A stretch of DNA of 64,000 bases from the NCBI GenBank assembly GCA_016188545.1, contig JACPHO010000001.1, positions 175,336 to 239,335 on the forward strand. The letters run 5' to 3'. A model generated the notes under the pieces. The model was not told where the DNA came from, did no database searches, and worked only from the letters and a program-made list of their open reading frames with translations. The DNA comes from Candidatus Shapirobacteria bacterium (lineage in GTDB: Bacteria > Patescibacteriota > Microgenomatia > UBA12405). Made by a program: the position numbers and the translations under genes. The first letter of the stretch is position 1; the number at the start of each line of letters is the position of its first letter. Positions 46,282-57,120 of this stretch are shown one piece after another.

Positions 46282-47043
46282 ATGAACAAAGTGATCTTAA
46301 ATTCCTTCCTCGTCTCGTTAGTTATTGCAGTAATCAGTTATTTTTTTCGACAAAGTTTTCATACTGATCTATATCTGAGTGATGTGGGTGGATTAAGTAC
46401 TTTTATTGGTGCCTTTGCTACCTTATTTGGACTATTATCAGCCTTTGTTGTTTTTGAAGTTTGGGGTCAATATAATAAGACCGCTTTGTATGTCGACAAA
46501 GAAGCCTCCGGACTAGAGCAGCTTTATCGACTAACTCTCTACTTCAGAGACAAGAAACTCAATAGAGTTATGGCATCGGCTATCACCAAATACGCCAATA
46601 TGGTTATAAAAGGCCGTTTTCAAAAGTTGGGATCCGGTGAAAGAAACAATGAAAGTGGTTTGGCTTTTCGGGAGATATCTGGAGTTATCCAAGGTATCAA
46701 GTTTGACGACGACCATGATCAAATAATTTTTGACCATATCGTCAGCCATTATGGTGACCTCAGTGATATACGTACCGAAAGGATCAACCAGAGTTTAGCT
46801 AGATTGCCTTCCCTTCTTAAAACTTTTCTATATATTGCTTCATTTTTCGTTGTGACTTGTCTTGTTATTATGCCTTTTGCCAACGTTTTCTATTCACTCT
46901 TTGCGGTGTTCTGTATGACATTTGTCATAGTCATGATTTATTTTCTAATCGAAGATCTAGACAACCCATTTGTTGGTAACTGGAATATATCCCCAGAACC
47001 GTTTAAACGAGCTCTCAAGCACATTGCCCAAGACTATACTTGA
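46282..47043 (+). CDS. DUF4239 (bestrophin-like) membrane protein
   Basis: AFVVFEVW, EA..L..L, R.ER, DLDNPF.G. Confidence 0.8.
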   Translation: MNKVILNSFLVSLVIAVISYFFRQSFHTDLYLSDVGGLSTFIGAFATLFGLLSAFVVFEVWGQYNKTALYVDKEASGLEQLYRLTLYFRDKKLNRVMASAITKYANMVIKGRFQKLGSGERNNESGLAFREISGVIQGIKFDDDHDQIIFDHIVSHYGDLSDIRTERINQSLARLPSLLKTFLYIASFFVVTCLVIMPFANVFYSLFAVFCMTFVIVMIYFLIEDLDNPFVGNWNISPEPFKRALKHIAQDYT

Positions 47044-47759
47044 AACAATCTTCTGGCATTACTATCAATTTGGTTTTCTGTTTCTTCCAAGCTTACTTTC
47101 CACAATTTACTAACGGTCTCATATACGTATCTGACGTATTCCGGGTAATTAGTCTGACCCTTGAAGGGGATGGGTGCCAACTCCGGTGAGTCGGTTTCCA
47201 AAACCAGTCTGTCTTTGGGTATATTTAGCACTACTTCTTGTAGACCTGGCTCATATGTTAGATTACCGTCAATTCCAAAATACCACTCCCCTTCCATATT
47301 CATTATCCGACTTATTCTCTTTTTACCTCCGCTATAACAGTGGACAACCCCTTTCAGGTTTTTGTAAGAGGTGAGTGTCTCGATTGTTTCGTCCATCGCC
47401 TTCCGGCTATGGATAATTAGTGGTTTGTCGTATTTTATTGCCAATTCAATTTGTCCTCGGAACAATTCTGTTTGTTTATCCAAATCATAGTCTCTCGAAA
47501 AATCCATCCCACATTCCCCCACCGCCACTATCTGCTTGTTTTTTATTAACATTTCCTCCAGTTCAAAAATGGCTGTGTCTATCTCAATAGGCACATCTTG
47601 GGGGTGGATGCCTACAGCTGGGTAGAGTCTATCATTTTCTCGAGATAGATTTAAGTTTACCCCCGAATCTTCTATGTTGCTAGCCGATAAAATTACCAGT
47701 TCTAAACCGTCAATTTTTAGTTCGTCATCCATTCTAATATGGGCGTGTGTGTCAATCAT
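47034..47759 (-). CDS. tatD: TatD family hydrolase
   Basis: IDTHAH, GIHP, VGECGMD, HSR, HCY, LETDSP. Confidence 0.94.
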   Translation of the reverse strand: MIDTHAHIRMDDELKIDGLELVILSASNIEDSGVNLNLSRENDRLYPAVGIHPQDVPIEIDTAIFELEEMLIKNKQIVAVGECGMDFSRDYDLDKQTELFRGQIELAIKYDKPLIIHSRKAMDETIETLTSYKNLKGVVHCYSGGKKRISRIMNMEGEWYFGIDGNLTYEPGLQEVVLNIPKDRLVLETDSPELAPIPFKGQTNYPEYVRYVYETVSKLWKVSLEETENQIDSNARRLFQV

Positions 47760-47790
47760 TCTACTATTTTACTCCATGCTAATATACGGT

Positions 47791-48114
47791 ATGGGGTTGA
47801 ATAGGTTAGTCGACACTAGTGGAAAAGTTATTAAAATTAAACTTGACGACGAGGCACTTCCTCTGTTCACGTTTTCAGACCCAACGCCACGTTTTGCCCA
47901 TGACAACTGTGAAGATGTATACCTTTATGATGTCTGTGGCATTAGACTCCGAACTCTAAACGGACTAAAAGCCTCACCACATTTTTTGGCCCACCGGTTT
48001 AATGGTGGTCAAAGCGGAGATTTTGTAGCTATAGAGCTTCGCAAAGCCAAGATAATGACTTTTATTTCTGAACCACATGAGATAGTCGCTGCGCTAAGAG
48101 AGCTGGGTTACTAG
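47791..48114 (+). CDS. Hypothetical protein
   Basis: 107-aa ORF between tatD and metG on the opposite strand. Confidence 0.55.
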   Translation: MGLNRLVDTSGKVIKIKLDDEALPLFTFSDPTPRFAHDNCEDVYLYDVCGIRLRTLNGLKASPHFLAHRFNGGQSGDFVAIELRKAKIMTFISEPHEIVAALRELGY

Positions 48115-48127
48115 TATATAATATTGC

Positions 48128-48355
48128 ATGTCGCTCCAAGACACGCTTGACAAAATTCACTCTGAGCTTGTCACTGAAGAAAAAGCTCTCCCGCCAGGAG
48201 TCAGGAATGCTATCGAAACAATTGACCTGATGAATGCAAGTGATGTAATACTAGGACGAACTTTGCCAAGTCCTTCCTCGAGTGGAGTCAGGAGAGTCGT
48301 TGTTGGCGGTACGATCAACCATCAAGATTTTTTAAATGCCGATGGGATCAAGTGA
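48128..48355 (+). CDS. Hypothetical protein
   Basis: TATAAT 5 nt before ATG; 75 aa. Confidence 0.55.
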   Translation: MSLQDTLDKIHSELVTEEKALPPGVRNAIETIDLMNASDVILGRTLPSPSSSGVRRVVVGGTINHQDFLNADGIK

Positions 48356-50099
48356 CCTCTACACCAATCTTCCCTTCAATCTTGAAAATCTTTGACTCAT
48401 TTTCTCCTCGTCCTAGTTCTCGTGCAGAGCAGAGCATCCCCTCAGAAATCACTCCATGGACTTTCCCCTTTTTAATTTTTACCTCTCCCCCGTTTTTATC
48501 TTTTACCTTCGCCCCAGGAAGTGCCACGGGGACAATCTGGCCGACCTCAAGGCTGTTATCACCACAAACTATTTTTAGTTCTTTTGATCCGACATTGACG
48601 GTAATAAGTTGAATTGATTGGTCAGCTAATTTCTCGATACCTACAACTTTCCCAACAATAATTTTTCCAGTTAGTACTTCCACTGGAGTTTCTTTAATTT
48701 CCACTCGTGGAAATAGTGGTTTCTCTAGTGCATTTATTTCTCCGGTCAATACCTCCTCAATAGTTTTGCAGGTATTTGGCATGATGCACGAAAGGTAGTT
48801 GGCCGCAGTTCTTAGGTTTTTTATACATTCAGTTAGAATATTTATTCGTAATGGGTCACTACTCTCTAGTTTCCATGGCGCCACTTCGTTCAGCCTGTTA
48901 TTTGATTTATCAATATATTCTTCAAACACCCAGCTTATCGCCTCATCAAAGCTTAATTCATCGATCAATTTAGAAAAATTACTACTTACTATTAACTCTT
49001 CACTATTAACTGTTAACTTCTCTCCCAGTTTGCACAGTCTACTTACAAGATTTCCAAAATTGTTCGCTAGATCTGCATTATATCTTTCGGCAAACCTACT
49101 TATTCCTACATCAGAATCATTTTCCGATGGAAAAGAGCGGGCAATCAAGTATCTAGTCCCATCAACCCCAAATTGGTCGACAAGTTGCTGTGGACTTATT
49201 ACATTACCAAGTGATTTGGACATCTTTTGTCCATCTACCATATAAAAGCTATGGGTGAAAGTTCTCCTGGGTAATCCAATATCAGCGGACAGTAGCATGG
49301 CTTGCCATATCACAGTATGAAACCACAGTATTTCTTTTCCCAGTAGATGTAAATCAGCTGGCCAAAAATCAGTTTTACCTTCTACAAACTGGGTAGCACT
49401 GTAGTAGTTGATTAAAGCGTCAAACCAGACATAGACTGTCTGACTTTTATCCCAAGGTAGGGGAATCCCCCACGACACATTCTCTCGAGAAAGTGAGATA
49501 TCAGTCACTCCCCCTTTCAGTTTTGCCAATACTTCTGCCTTTTTTCCTGCAGGAAATATATAGTTATCGTTTTCAATTTTTTCTATAATCTGAGGAACAT
49601 ATTTTGATAGTTTAAAAAACCAATTCTCCTCTGACTTTTTGACGGTTTTTTCGGGTGGGTGAAGAGGACAATGACCGTCGACTAGGTCTGTCTCAGTTAG
49701 GAATTTTTCACAACCAACACAATACCAGCCTTCGTACTTTGATTTATAAACATCACCTTTTTCATATATTTTGGTCAATAAGTCAGAAACCACCGTTTCG
49801 TGTTTTGGATCTGTTGTTCTAATAAAAAAATCATTCGATATATTCAGCGACTTCCAGGCACCAATAAACTTTGGAACAATCTTGTCACAATATACTTGGG
49901 GTGCAAGACCCATCTTTTCTGCACATTCGGACACTTTTTGTCCATGCTCGTCTGTCCCGGTTAAGAAAAAAACATCTTCATTTTTTTGGCGGTGAAGTCG
50001 GGCTACGATATCGGCTGCAACTGTAGTGCAGGTATGACCAATGTGGGGAACATCATTGATGTAATAAATTGGGGTGGTAATGTAAAAACTCTTATTCAT
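48348..50099 (-). CDS. metG: Methionine--tRNA ligase with C-terminal OB-fold
   Basis: TTPIYY..PHIGH, GTDEHG, YVWFDAL, KMSKS. Confidence 0.96.
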   Translation of the reverse strand: MNKSFYITTPIYYINDVPHIGHTCTTVAADIVARLHRQKNEDVFFLTGTDEHGQKVSECAEKMGLAPQVYCDKIVPKFIGAWKSLNISNDFFIRTTDPKHETVVSDLLTKIYEKGDVYKSKYEGWYCVGCEKFLTETDLVDGHCPLHPPEKTVKKSEENWFFKLSKYVPQIIEKIENDNYIFPAGKKAEVLAKLKGGVTDISLSRENVSWGIPLPWDKSQTVYVWFDALINYYSATQFVEGKTDFWPADLHLLGKEILWFHTVIWQAMLLSADIGLPRRTFTHSFYMVDGQKMSKSLGNVISPQQLVDQFGVDGTRYLIARSFPSENDSDVGISRFAERYNADLANNFGNLVSRLCKLGEKLTVNSEELIVSSNFSKLIDELSFDEAISWVFEEYIDKSNNRLNEVAPWKLESSDPLRINILTECIKNLRTAANYLSCIMPNTCKTIEEVLTGEINALEKPLFPRVEIKETPVEVLTGKIIVGKVVGIEKLADQSIQLITVNVGSKELKIVCGDNSLEVGQIVPVALPGAKVKDKNGGEVKIKKGKVHGVISEGMLCSARELGRGENESKIFKIEGKIGVEVT

Positions 50100-50170
50100 A
50101 AGAAAATGCTAAATATATAAAAAATATATCCTATTCTCGCCACGTTTGCCAATTTATTGGCATTACGTGG

Positions 50171-50491
50171 CTATTGCATTTTCTCAGCGACTTTTTTGGT
50201 TACAATTTTTCGGGACACTTTCTTGGCAGTTTTTTTAGTTATTTTTTTGACACCTTCCCCACCAATCTTTTTACTAAGCTGGGATTTCATTCGGGACACT
50301 TTGTTTTTGTGAAGTATGCCTTTTTTCTGTGCCTTATCCAAAATAGATTGAGCTTCCTTCATATTCTCGGCATTGGGCTGACCTAAAAACTTTTTGACAA
50401 GTTCTTTAAACCTGTTCTTAATTATAAGGTTAGCTTTGCGATTTTTAATCGATTTTCGCAGTGATTTTTTAGATGAGGCGCTGATTGGCAT
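50171..50491 (-). CDS. rpsT: 30S ribosomal protein S20 with basic tail
   Basis: MPI..S.KK..R, LDKA..KG.LHKNK.SR.KS. Confidence 0.9.
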   Translation of the reverse strand: MPISASSKKSLRKSIKNRKANLIIKNRFKELVKKFLGQPNAENMKEAQSILDKAQKKGILHKNKVSRMKSQLSKKIGGEGVKKITKKTAKKVSRKIVTKKVAEKMQ

Positions 50492-50561
50492 GAGTAGTAT
50501 TCTAACTGATGGACATTCTAAATACAAGAATTTATCACCCGCTCATAATATAATGCTTCAT

Positions 50562-52172
50562 ATGGGCTTCCACGATCAAATTAAATCACTCAGTACCAAA
50601 AAACAACACAGCATTTTATCTGCAAGCTTGGTTTTGGCCATTACTTTCGGCTTGTCTGCTGTTTTGGGGTTTTTGCGAAGCCGGTTTCTTTACGCTCAAT
50701 TTTTCAATTGTTGTGTCCTAGAGCTAGACGCATACAACGCTGCTTTTAGACTCCCAGACTTAATTTTTAAGCTTTTGGTTACTGGCGCTTTGTCAGCATC
50801 ATTTATCCCTGTTTTCAGTTCTTATCTGCATAAAGACGAAAAAAAAGCATATGAGGTAGCCTCAACTGTTATCAATTTGCTTTTAATTTTCTTTACCATT
50901 GCCTCTGTCACGGTTTTGATATTTGCTAAACCACTTTCAGGAATTATCGCCCATGGTTTTACACCTGATCAGATTGATCTAATGACCAACCTCACCCGAA
51001 TACTCTTAGTCGCTCAGATCTTCTTTCTAATCAGCAATTTCCTAACCGGAATGCTTCAAGTTCATCAAGTATTCGTCGTCCCGGCTCTTTCGCCCATCGT
51101 TTATAACATATTCATTATCCTTTCCATCTTCTTCCTGGTACCTTCCTTTGGCATATATGGAGTAGCCATCGGTTGTGTCATTGGCGCATTTTTTCATCTC
51201 TTAATTCAAATTCCCGTTGCGAGAGCTTTAAAGGTCAAGTACTCATTCACCATCCAGCCAAAATTAGCCGGTGTTGGGGAAGTGGTTAGATTGATGATCC
51301 CCCGTAGTCTGTCGCTCGGCCTGGGCGAAATTGAAAATACTGTCACCCTCTTTTTTGCTAGTTCACTAACTGCGGGCTCAATCTCTCTTTTAAACCTTGC
51401 CCTACAGTTAATGTATCTACCTAGTCGCATATTTGGTACCACTGTTGGTCAGGCCTCTCTCCCGATGTTGTCTAAGAACATTGCCAGAAATGAAATGGAT
51501 ATTTTTAGAAACACCGTCAGAAAAACAATTTCCCAGAGCTTATTCATAGCCGTACCGATCACCGTCCTTGTTCTAGTTCACCGTTTAGCTATCATTCGTA
51601 TCGCCTTTGGTGCCAAACAATTTCCTTGGGGTGCCACACTTTTGACTGCCAAAACCTTGGCTTACTTGACTCCAGCAATTGTTAGTCAGGCTGTCATCCA
51701 GATTCTGGTACGTGCTTTTTATGCCATCCATGACACTAAAACTCCTTTAAAAATTTCTTTCTTTTCACTTTTAGTCAATGTAGTTTCCAGCTTTCTATTT
51801 GTTAATTACACTGATATGGGGATTTTAGGTTTAGCAATCAGTGCTTCACTCGGAAACCTTACCCAGTGTTTTGGTCTCTTTTATTCTTTTATAAAAATAG
51901 TTGATGGAGCTGGTTGGGAAAAGACAATCATGCACTATTTTAAGATTATTGTCGCTTCAGCTGTACTTGGGTTTACTTCCTGGTCATGCATGCGCTTTTT
52001 TGATATGTTTGTCCTCGATACCTCTAGAACTTTAAACCTAATAATCCTATCTTCTATTTCTGTTGTGATCAGCTTGGTTTTTTACTATTACACAGCGAAA
52101 GTCCTTAATATCTCCGAAGTTGATGACTATCGACACTACTTTCGTAAGTCCACTGCATTTTTCAGGAAATAG
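50562..52172 (+). CDS. murJ: Lipid II flippase MurJ (MviN)
   Basis: AY.AAFRLPD, GALSASFIP, RAFYA..DTKTP; start ATG 50562. Confidence 0.93.
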   Translation: MGFHDQIKSLSTKKQHSILSASLVLAITFGLSAVLGFLRSRFLYAQFFNCCVLELDAYNAAFRLPDLIFKLLVTGALSASFIPVFSSYLHKDEKKAYEVASTVINLLLIFFTIASVTVLIFAKPLSGIIAHGFTPDQIDLMTNLTRILLVAQIFFLISNFLTGMLQVHQVFVVPALSPIVYNIFIILSIFFLVPSFGIYGVAIGCVIGAFFHLLIQIPVARALKVKYSFTIQPKLAGVGEVVRLMIPRSLSLGLGEIENTVTLFFASSLTAGSISLLNLALQLMYLPSRIFGTTVGQASLPMLSKNIARNEMDIFRNTVRKTISQSLFIAVPITVLVLVHRLAIIRIAFGAKQFPWGATLLTAKTLAYLTPAIVSQAVIQILVRAFYAIHDTKTPLKISFFSLLVNVVSSFLFVNYTDMGILGLAISASLGNLTQCFGLFYSFIKIVDGAGWEKTIMHYFKIIVASAVLGFTSWSCMRFFDMFVLDTSRTLNLIILSSISVVISLVFYYYTAKVLNISEVDDYRHYFRKSTAFFRK

Positions 52173-52223
52173 TTTGTTTTACCCTGTATTTTAATTTGTC
52201 AGAAATGTATATATACTGTTTAT

Positions 52224-52787
52224 ATGCCCGTCAAAAAGGATATATCCTTTTTACCAGATCAGGAGAATATAAATTCATTTTCCGCGAGGACAATACGTTG
52301 GTTAACCTCGGTTGGACGCTTCGTTATTGTCTTTACAGAATTGATCGTTATTTGCGCCTTTTTATCGCGGTTTTGGTTGGATCGGACGAACTCTGATCTT
52401 TCTGAGATAGTTCGTCAACAGAAAGCCATTCTTGACAGTACTTCTGATTTTGAGGTCGAGTATGCACAGCTTCAAAAGAAACTTGCTGTTATCAAAAAGT
52501 TTTATGCCAACCAACCTGAGTATGAATCAAAAGTCGCCACATTAGTTGAAAGCACTCCAGAAGATGTAAATTTCAACAGTTTATTAATTAATCATAGTGC
52601 TCAGAGTAATGAGGTGACTGCCTTAATTACCTTATCGGCGTACCAAGAATCTGCTATCATCAATTTCATCACCAATCTTATTGCGAATCCTAAGATCACC
52701 TCAGTAGATATCAGAACTATCGAGAAAAAACCAAACGACACTAAATATAACGTCAATTTGTCATTAGTATTTTCCAAAAAGTCATGA
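52224..52787 (+). CDS. PilN-like type IV pilus alignment protein
   Basis: I..LP N-terminus, TM, coiled coil, P.DV.F..L. Confidence 0.65.
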   Translation: MPVKKDISFLPDQENINSFSARTIRWLTSVGRFVIVFTELIVICAFLSRFWLDRTNSDLSEIVRQQKAILDSTSDFEVEYAQLQKKLAVIKKFYANQPEYESKVATLVESTPEDVNFNSLLINHSAQSNEVTALITLSAYQESAIINFITNLIANPKITSVDIRTIEKKPNDTKYNVNLSLVFSKKS

Positions 52788-53440
52788 GTTTGAATTTAAA
52801 CCCACAAGTCTCCCGGGTCAAGCCACTTTTTGACTACATAAAGAAACAACAAGAAAATCGTAAAATTATAAAGTCTGTGGAGATTGGTGCTACTTTTATT
52901 CTTATCACCTTTTTTCTTATGTTTGCTCTACGTCCTACAGTTATTACTATCTCTACTTTAAAAGGCGACATCGAATCAAAGAAAATTCTTAAAGAAGAAC
53001 TGCGAAACAAAATAAACAAAGTTATCATCGCTCAAGATTTGTTTTCACAGGTTCAGGAAAGATATCATGTTGTCAATTCTAGTTTGCCAGATAAACCAAA
53101 CTATTATGAATCGTCATCCATTATTCGACAGATAGGACAAAAGTATAGCATTCCTGCTGACTCAATGGCATTCAACTTAGAAGCTGGCGAGGTCAAAGAA
53201 GATCCTGGTATTCAAGCATATAATATCTCAGTTGGTGTCAATGGACCATTTACTAATGCCCTAAGCTTTGCCACTGAAATTCTCAAAAATCGCCGTACTA
53301 ATTATATTAGTGCCCTTAATTTTGTTAATTCTACTGAAACAAACAACAGCTCAGCCAGTCCTAGTGCTTCTACAAATGGGGTTAACACAAAATTTTCCAC
53401 AGTTTTTTATTATTGGCCACCTATCAATGAAAAAAAGTAA
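52784..53440 (+). CDS. PilO-like protein
   Basis: TM, coiled coil, LP..P, ferredoxin-like C-terminus; follows PilN-like gene. Confidence 0.65.
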   Translation: MSLNLNPQVSRVKPLFDYIKKQQENRKIIKSVEIGATFILITFFLMFALRPTVITISTLKGDIESKKILKEELRNKINKVIIAQDLFSQVQERYHVVNSSLPDKPNYYESSSIIRQIGQKYSIPADSMAFNLEAGEVKEDPGIQAYNISVGVNGPFTNALSFATEILKNRRTNYISALNFVNSTETNNSSASPSASTNGVNTKFSTVFYYWPPINEKK

Positions 53441-53684
53441 GTTATCATCCTATTTTCTACTGTTAAGTATTTTTACTTTCGCTGCTACATTCTTTTATAT
53501 AGTCCAAAAGAGTTATGACAGTTTAATGAAACCTATTACAGAAGTTAAGCAAAGCGTTATTATAAAATCAATTGATCCAAATCTAGACATCTCAACTCTC
53601 GACGAAATCGAAAAAAGAAATGCAGTTAATTACATTATTACCGCCATCCCAACAACAGAACCTACATTTGTAGAATCACCATGA
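53427..53684 (+). CDS. Small single-TM protein
   Basis: Start ATG 53427, coupled on both sides. Confidence 0.6.
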   Translation: MKKSKLSSYFLLLSIFTFAATFFYIVQKSYDSLMKPITEVKQSVIIKSIDPNLDISTLDEIEKRNAVNYIITAIPTTEPTFVESP

Positions 53685-54973
53685 AAAAAGAGCTAAGATT
53701 TCCCACCATCCTTGGACTGATACTACTCATCATTTCAATTGCAGCTGGAGTATATTTATCTGGATCAAAAGTAACTCTAGGATCAAAAGCGTCTGGAGGC
53801 TGTAGTCCCCAAAATGTTCAAGTTACTAACCTCACTCATGTTAGTGCCAATATATCTTTTGTAACCACTTCCACCTGTCAGGCAACCATTGACATCAATA
53901 ATCAAACTGTCTTTGACCTAAAACTTGAAACACTAAACAATCCAGACTTAGTGACACACGTTCACTACTTCGAAATCAAAAGACTTAAGGAAAAAACATC
54001 TTATGACTTCTCTATTATCTCCGGTGGAAACACGTTTAACGATAGTATTTATAAATTTACTACCGGCTCCCTACCATCATCGGCTACTCCGACATCTAAT
54101 TTGGCTTGGGGTAAAGTGTTTGCTCCGGACGGTAAAACCCCTGGTAATGCTATTGTCTATCTAAATATTCCCGGTGCCTACCCACTATCATCTATCGTGA
54201 CAACTAATGGCAACTGGTCGATTTCTCTAGCCAATACATTCAATGAAACCAAGAACAATTGGTTTACCCAGCCAGTTGATCCCACTAATGAAGATATTAT
54301 TGTGATCGCCGAAGATGGAGTTACGACTCAGGTCGTAAACAGCACATCAAGAAACAATCCAGTCCCAAATATTATTATTGGTACCAATTCTTTAGACGCA
54401 GCAGATCCACTTCCCACTGAAGCTCCTCAAACAGGTCAGCTCCAATCAGTCACTCCAGTAGTTAGTCAAAAGAACATCGACATTACCAATCCGAAAGACG
54501 GTGATATGATCAATATTAGCCGCCCTGATTTTTTTGGTAGTGCCCCTATAAATACCCGGGTGGTTATTGAAGTTCATTCTACCCAAGCCATTAATGGTGA
54601 AACCATCACCGATTCTACGGGAGCTTGGCACTGGTCACCACCTCAAAATCTAACTCCAGGAGAACACACTATAACTGTAAAATCACAAAACGGTACGACT
54701 GGTATTTGGGAAATGGTTACCAGAAAATTCACAGTTCTAGCAGCAGACAGTGGTGGTCCCGCTTTCGAAGCTTCAGGATCAGCTATCACCCCAACCCTAG
54801 TACCAACTACCATTCCCACCATTGCTCCCACAGAGACACCAGTCCCAACTGAGCGTGTTGCAAAACCAAGTACTACAGTCAAGCCACCAGTGACTGGAAA
54901 CTATATTCCAACCGTTGCAATCATTTTCTTCTCTAGCATTTTTATATTAATATCGTATAAACTACTTTTGTGA
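53681..54973 (+). CDS. Surface protein with FN3-like and Ig-like domains, PPVTG sorting-like signal
   Basis: N-terminal TM, FN3-like, Big-like (G.W...P...LTPGEHT), PT linker, PPVTG plus TM. Confidence 0.75.
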   Translation: MKKELRFPTILGLILLIISIAAGVYLSGSKVTLGSKASGGCSPQNVQVTNLTHVSANISFVTTSTCQATIDINNQTVFDLKLETLNNPDLVTHVHYFEIKRLKEKTSYDFSIISGGNTFNDSIYKFTTGSLPSSATPTSNLAWGKVFAPDGKTPGNAIVYLNIPGAYPLSSIVTTNGNWSISLANTFNETKNNWFTQPVDPTNEDIIVIAEDGVTTQVVNSTSRNNPVPNIIIGTNSLDAADPLPTEAPQTGQLQSVTPVVSQKNIDITNPKDGDMINISRPDFFGSAPINTRVVIEVHSTQAINGETITDSTGAWHWSPPQNLTPGEHTITVKSQNGTTGIWEMVTRKFTVLAADSGGPAFEASGSAITPTLVPTTIPTIAPTETPVPTERVAKPSTTVKPPVTGNYIPTVAIIFFSSIFILISYKLLL

Positions 54974-56193
54974 AACAATCATTGTTTTATTATTGGCGAT
55001 ACCAAATTTTAACAGTGTTGTTTTTGTTGCTCTCTCTCGGAGGAACAATGTATCTAGTGAAACTCAACCAAGACAACCGCAACCGAGCTGCTGGTACCTG
55101 TTGGGCTAAGTGTACTTGTAGTTGCGGTAAATCTTTTTGTGCTGATCCAAAAGGTGGTGGTTGTGCCGCGGAATGTAAAGATGCTTGTCCCGTTAAACCT
55201 CTACCAACCAAACCCTCAGATGACGAAAAACTTCCAGCTAATACCAAGGATGCCTGTACTGCCAGTGGAGGTTTTTGGTGTGGTAAGTACGCTTCAGGTT
55301 GTGGCGGTTTTTGTACCAGCGGTAAAACCAAAACCTGCAACCAACTTCTTCAGGAAGCCTGTCCCAAAGATACTGTTGTTTTAGGAACTGTTAAATGTGT
55401 TCAAAATACTTCAGGTGCCTGGGTAGCCGACCCTGCCATGAACTATAATCCAAATACCACTGGTCCAAACGCTATCGGTGTTGTTAATGGTAAAAGTGTC
55501 CTTCAGCAAGTTAACGAGCAATGTGCCGCCCAAATGAAAAACGGTGGTTTTGCCACTGGTACCCAAGCTTATTTGTGTAAAATTGGAGTCAAGGGTTATA
55601 CTGGAGGCGCTTGTACAGCCAATAATGGAGTTTCTTTTACCGGAAAACTAGGATGTTTTTGTGGTATAGTTCAGGTTGACACCCCTACCGGTCACACCAG
55701 TTATTCCAGCAATTGTAGTTGCGTCAAGCCGACTACTCCAAAAGCTACCACAGTCCCCACCAAAAAGCCCACCCCCACCCCAACTAAAAAATCGACTCTA
55801 ACCCCTACCAAGACACCAACTCCCACTCGGACTCCAACTCCCACTCGGACTCCAACTCCCACTCGGACACCAACTCCCACTCGGACTCCAACTCCCACTC
55901 GGACTCCCACTCCCACCATTACTCCAACAGGTACCCAATCCCCCACAATGACGCCATCCCCAACAAATATCCCAACCGAAACACCAACTTCAACCATGAC
56001 TCCAACTGGTACTCAAGTCCCAACAAATTCCCCAACTGACACTCCAGCACCCACCAACACTCCTGTATATATTGCCGAAGGTCCATCTCCCACCAGAATT
56101 GTTTTACCAAACTCTGGTTTCGAGTTCCCAATTCAGGTATTAACAGTTGTTGGAATAATTACTACATTACTTGGCTTCTTTATTTTGCTCTAA
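54970..56193 (+). CDS. Cys-rich surface protein with PT repeats, LPNSG sorting-like signal
   Basis: N-terminal TM + QD.R.RA, >20 Cys, PTRTPT repeats, LPNSG plus TM. Confidence 0.75.
   Translation: MKQSLFYYWRYQILTVLFLLLSLGGTMYLVKLNQDNRNRAAGTCWAKCTCSCGKSFCADPKGGGCAAECKDACPVKPLPTKPSDDEKLPANTKDACTASGGFWCGKYASGCGGFCTSGKTKTCNQLLQEACPKDTVVLGTVKCVQNTSGAWVADPAMNYNPNTTGPNAIGVVNGKSVLQQVNEQCAAQMKNGGFATGTQAYLCKIGVKGYTGGACTANNGVSFTGKLGCFCGIVQVDTPTGHTSYSSNCSCVKPTTPKATTVPTKKPTPTPTKKSTLTPTKTPTPTRTPTPTRTPTPTRTPTPTRTPTPTRTPTPTITPTGTQSPTMTPSPTNIPTETPTSTMTPTGTQVPTNSPTDTPAPTNTPVYIAEGPSPTRIVLPNSGFEFPIQVLTVVGIITTLLGFFILL
55813..55917 (+). repeat. 18-bp coding tandem repeat (TPTPTR), 5 full copies plus a partial
   Basis: ACWCCAACTCCCACTCGG repeated. 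Confidence 0.93.
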
Positions 56194-56196
56194 TAA

Positions 56197-57120
56197 ATGA
56201 CAACCAGGTTTCCAGTAATATCCGCAATCGAAGCACTTCGTCCAGCTCAATGGATAAAAAACCTCAGCGTTTTTGCTGCCGTTATTTTAAACGGCCAGTT
56301 ATTCAACCCTATTAGTATCATCCCTTCAATTCTCGCTTTTTTTTCCTACTCCGCTCTTTCATCATCTTCTTACTTAGTTAATGATATTTTAGATGCCCCT
56401 AAAGATAGACAACACCCATATAAAAAACACCGACCAATTGCTAGAGGTGATGTCCCAATTCCATTAGCTGTTTTCATGGCATTTTTTCTATTATTTGTCG
56501 GACTAGGTATCTCAATGATAATCAGTCCAGGATTCTTTCTAGTAGCTTTAGTTTTTATTATTCTTCAATACTCCTATTCATTTTTCTTCAAGAAAAAAGC
56601 CGTCGTCGACATTGCTGGAATTTCATTATTTTTTATTATCCGAGCCTATGCTGGAGAAATTGCTTCGGGATATCATTTACCTATATGGATCATGCTGACA
56701 GTAATTTTCCTTTCATTGTTTATTGCTAGTGGAAAACGACGTAGTGAATTAGTTAATACTGGTGTTAAAACCAGATCTTCCTTAGGTGGATATGGTCGAA
56801 CGTTATTAAATTTCTATACTACTATGTTTGCTGTTTGCACTTTAATAGCTTATTCCATGTTTGCCTTTTTCGAAGACAAAATTCAGTTTCAAGGAATCAT
56901 CCATAAGTTTTTATTACAAAATTTTCCAGTAGCTCTGGATAGAAAATGGTATATGCTATCCATAGCTCCAGTTATTTACGGTATTATGCGCTATGGACAA
57001 ATAATTTTTGAAATGCAAGAAGGTGAACGTCCTGAAAGAGTTATTGCCACCGACATCCCCTTACTGTTTTCTGTAGTATCATGGGGACTTATGATAGTCA
57101 CCATTATCTATGTCCTTTAG
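56197..57120 (+). CDS. UbiA family prenyltransferase (decaprenyl-phosphate phosphoribosyltransferase-like)
   Basis: RP.QWIKN, Y.VND..D...DR.HP.K..RPIA.G, KRRSEL. Confidence 0.9.
   Translation: MTTRFPVISAIEALRPAQWIKNLSVFAAVILNGQLFNPISIIPSILAFFSYSALSSSSYLVNDILDAPKDRQHPYKKHRPIARGDVPIPLAVFMAFFLLFVGLGISMIISPGFFLVALVFIILQYSYSFFFKKKAVVDIAGISLFFIIRAYAGEIASGYHLPIWIMLTVIFLSLFIASGKRRSELVNTGVKTRSSLGGYGRTLLNFYTTMFAVCTLIAYSMFAFFEDKIQFQGIIHKFLLQNFPVALDRKWYMLSIAPVIYGIMRYGQIIFEMQEGERPERVIATDIPLLFSVVSWGLMIVTIIYVL

Noticed and set aside
55813-55917. 18-bp tandem repeat as a novel element
   Set aside because: Ordinary in-frame Pro/Thr linker expansion.
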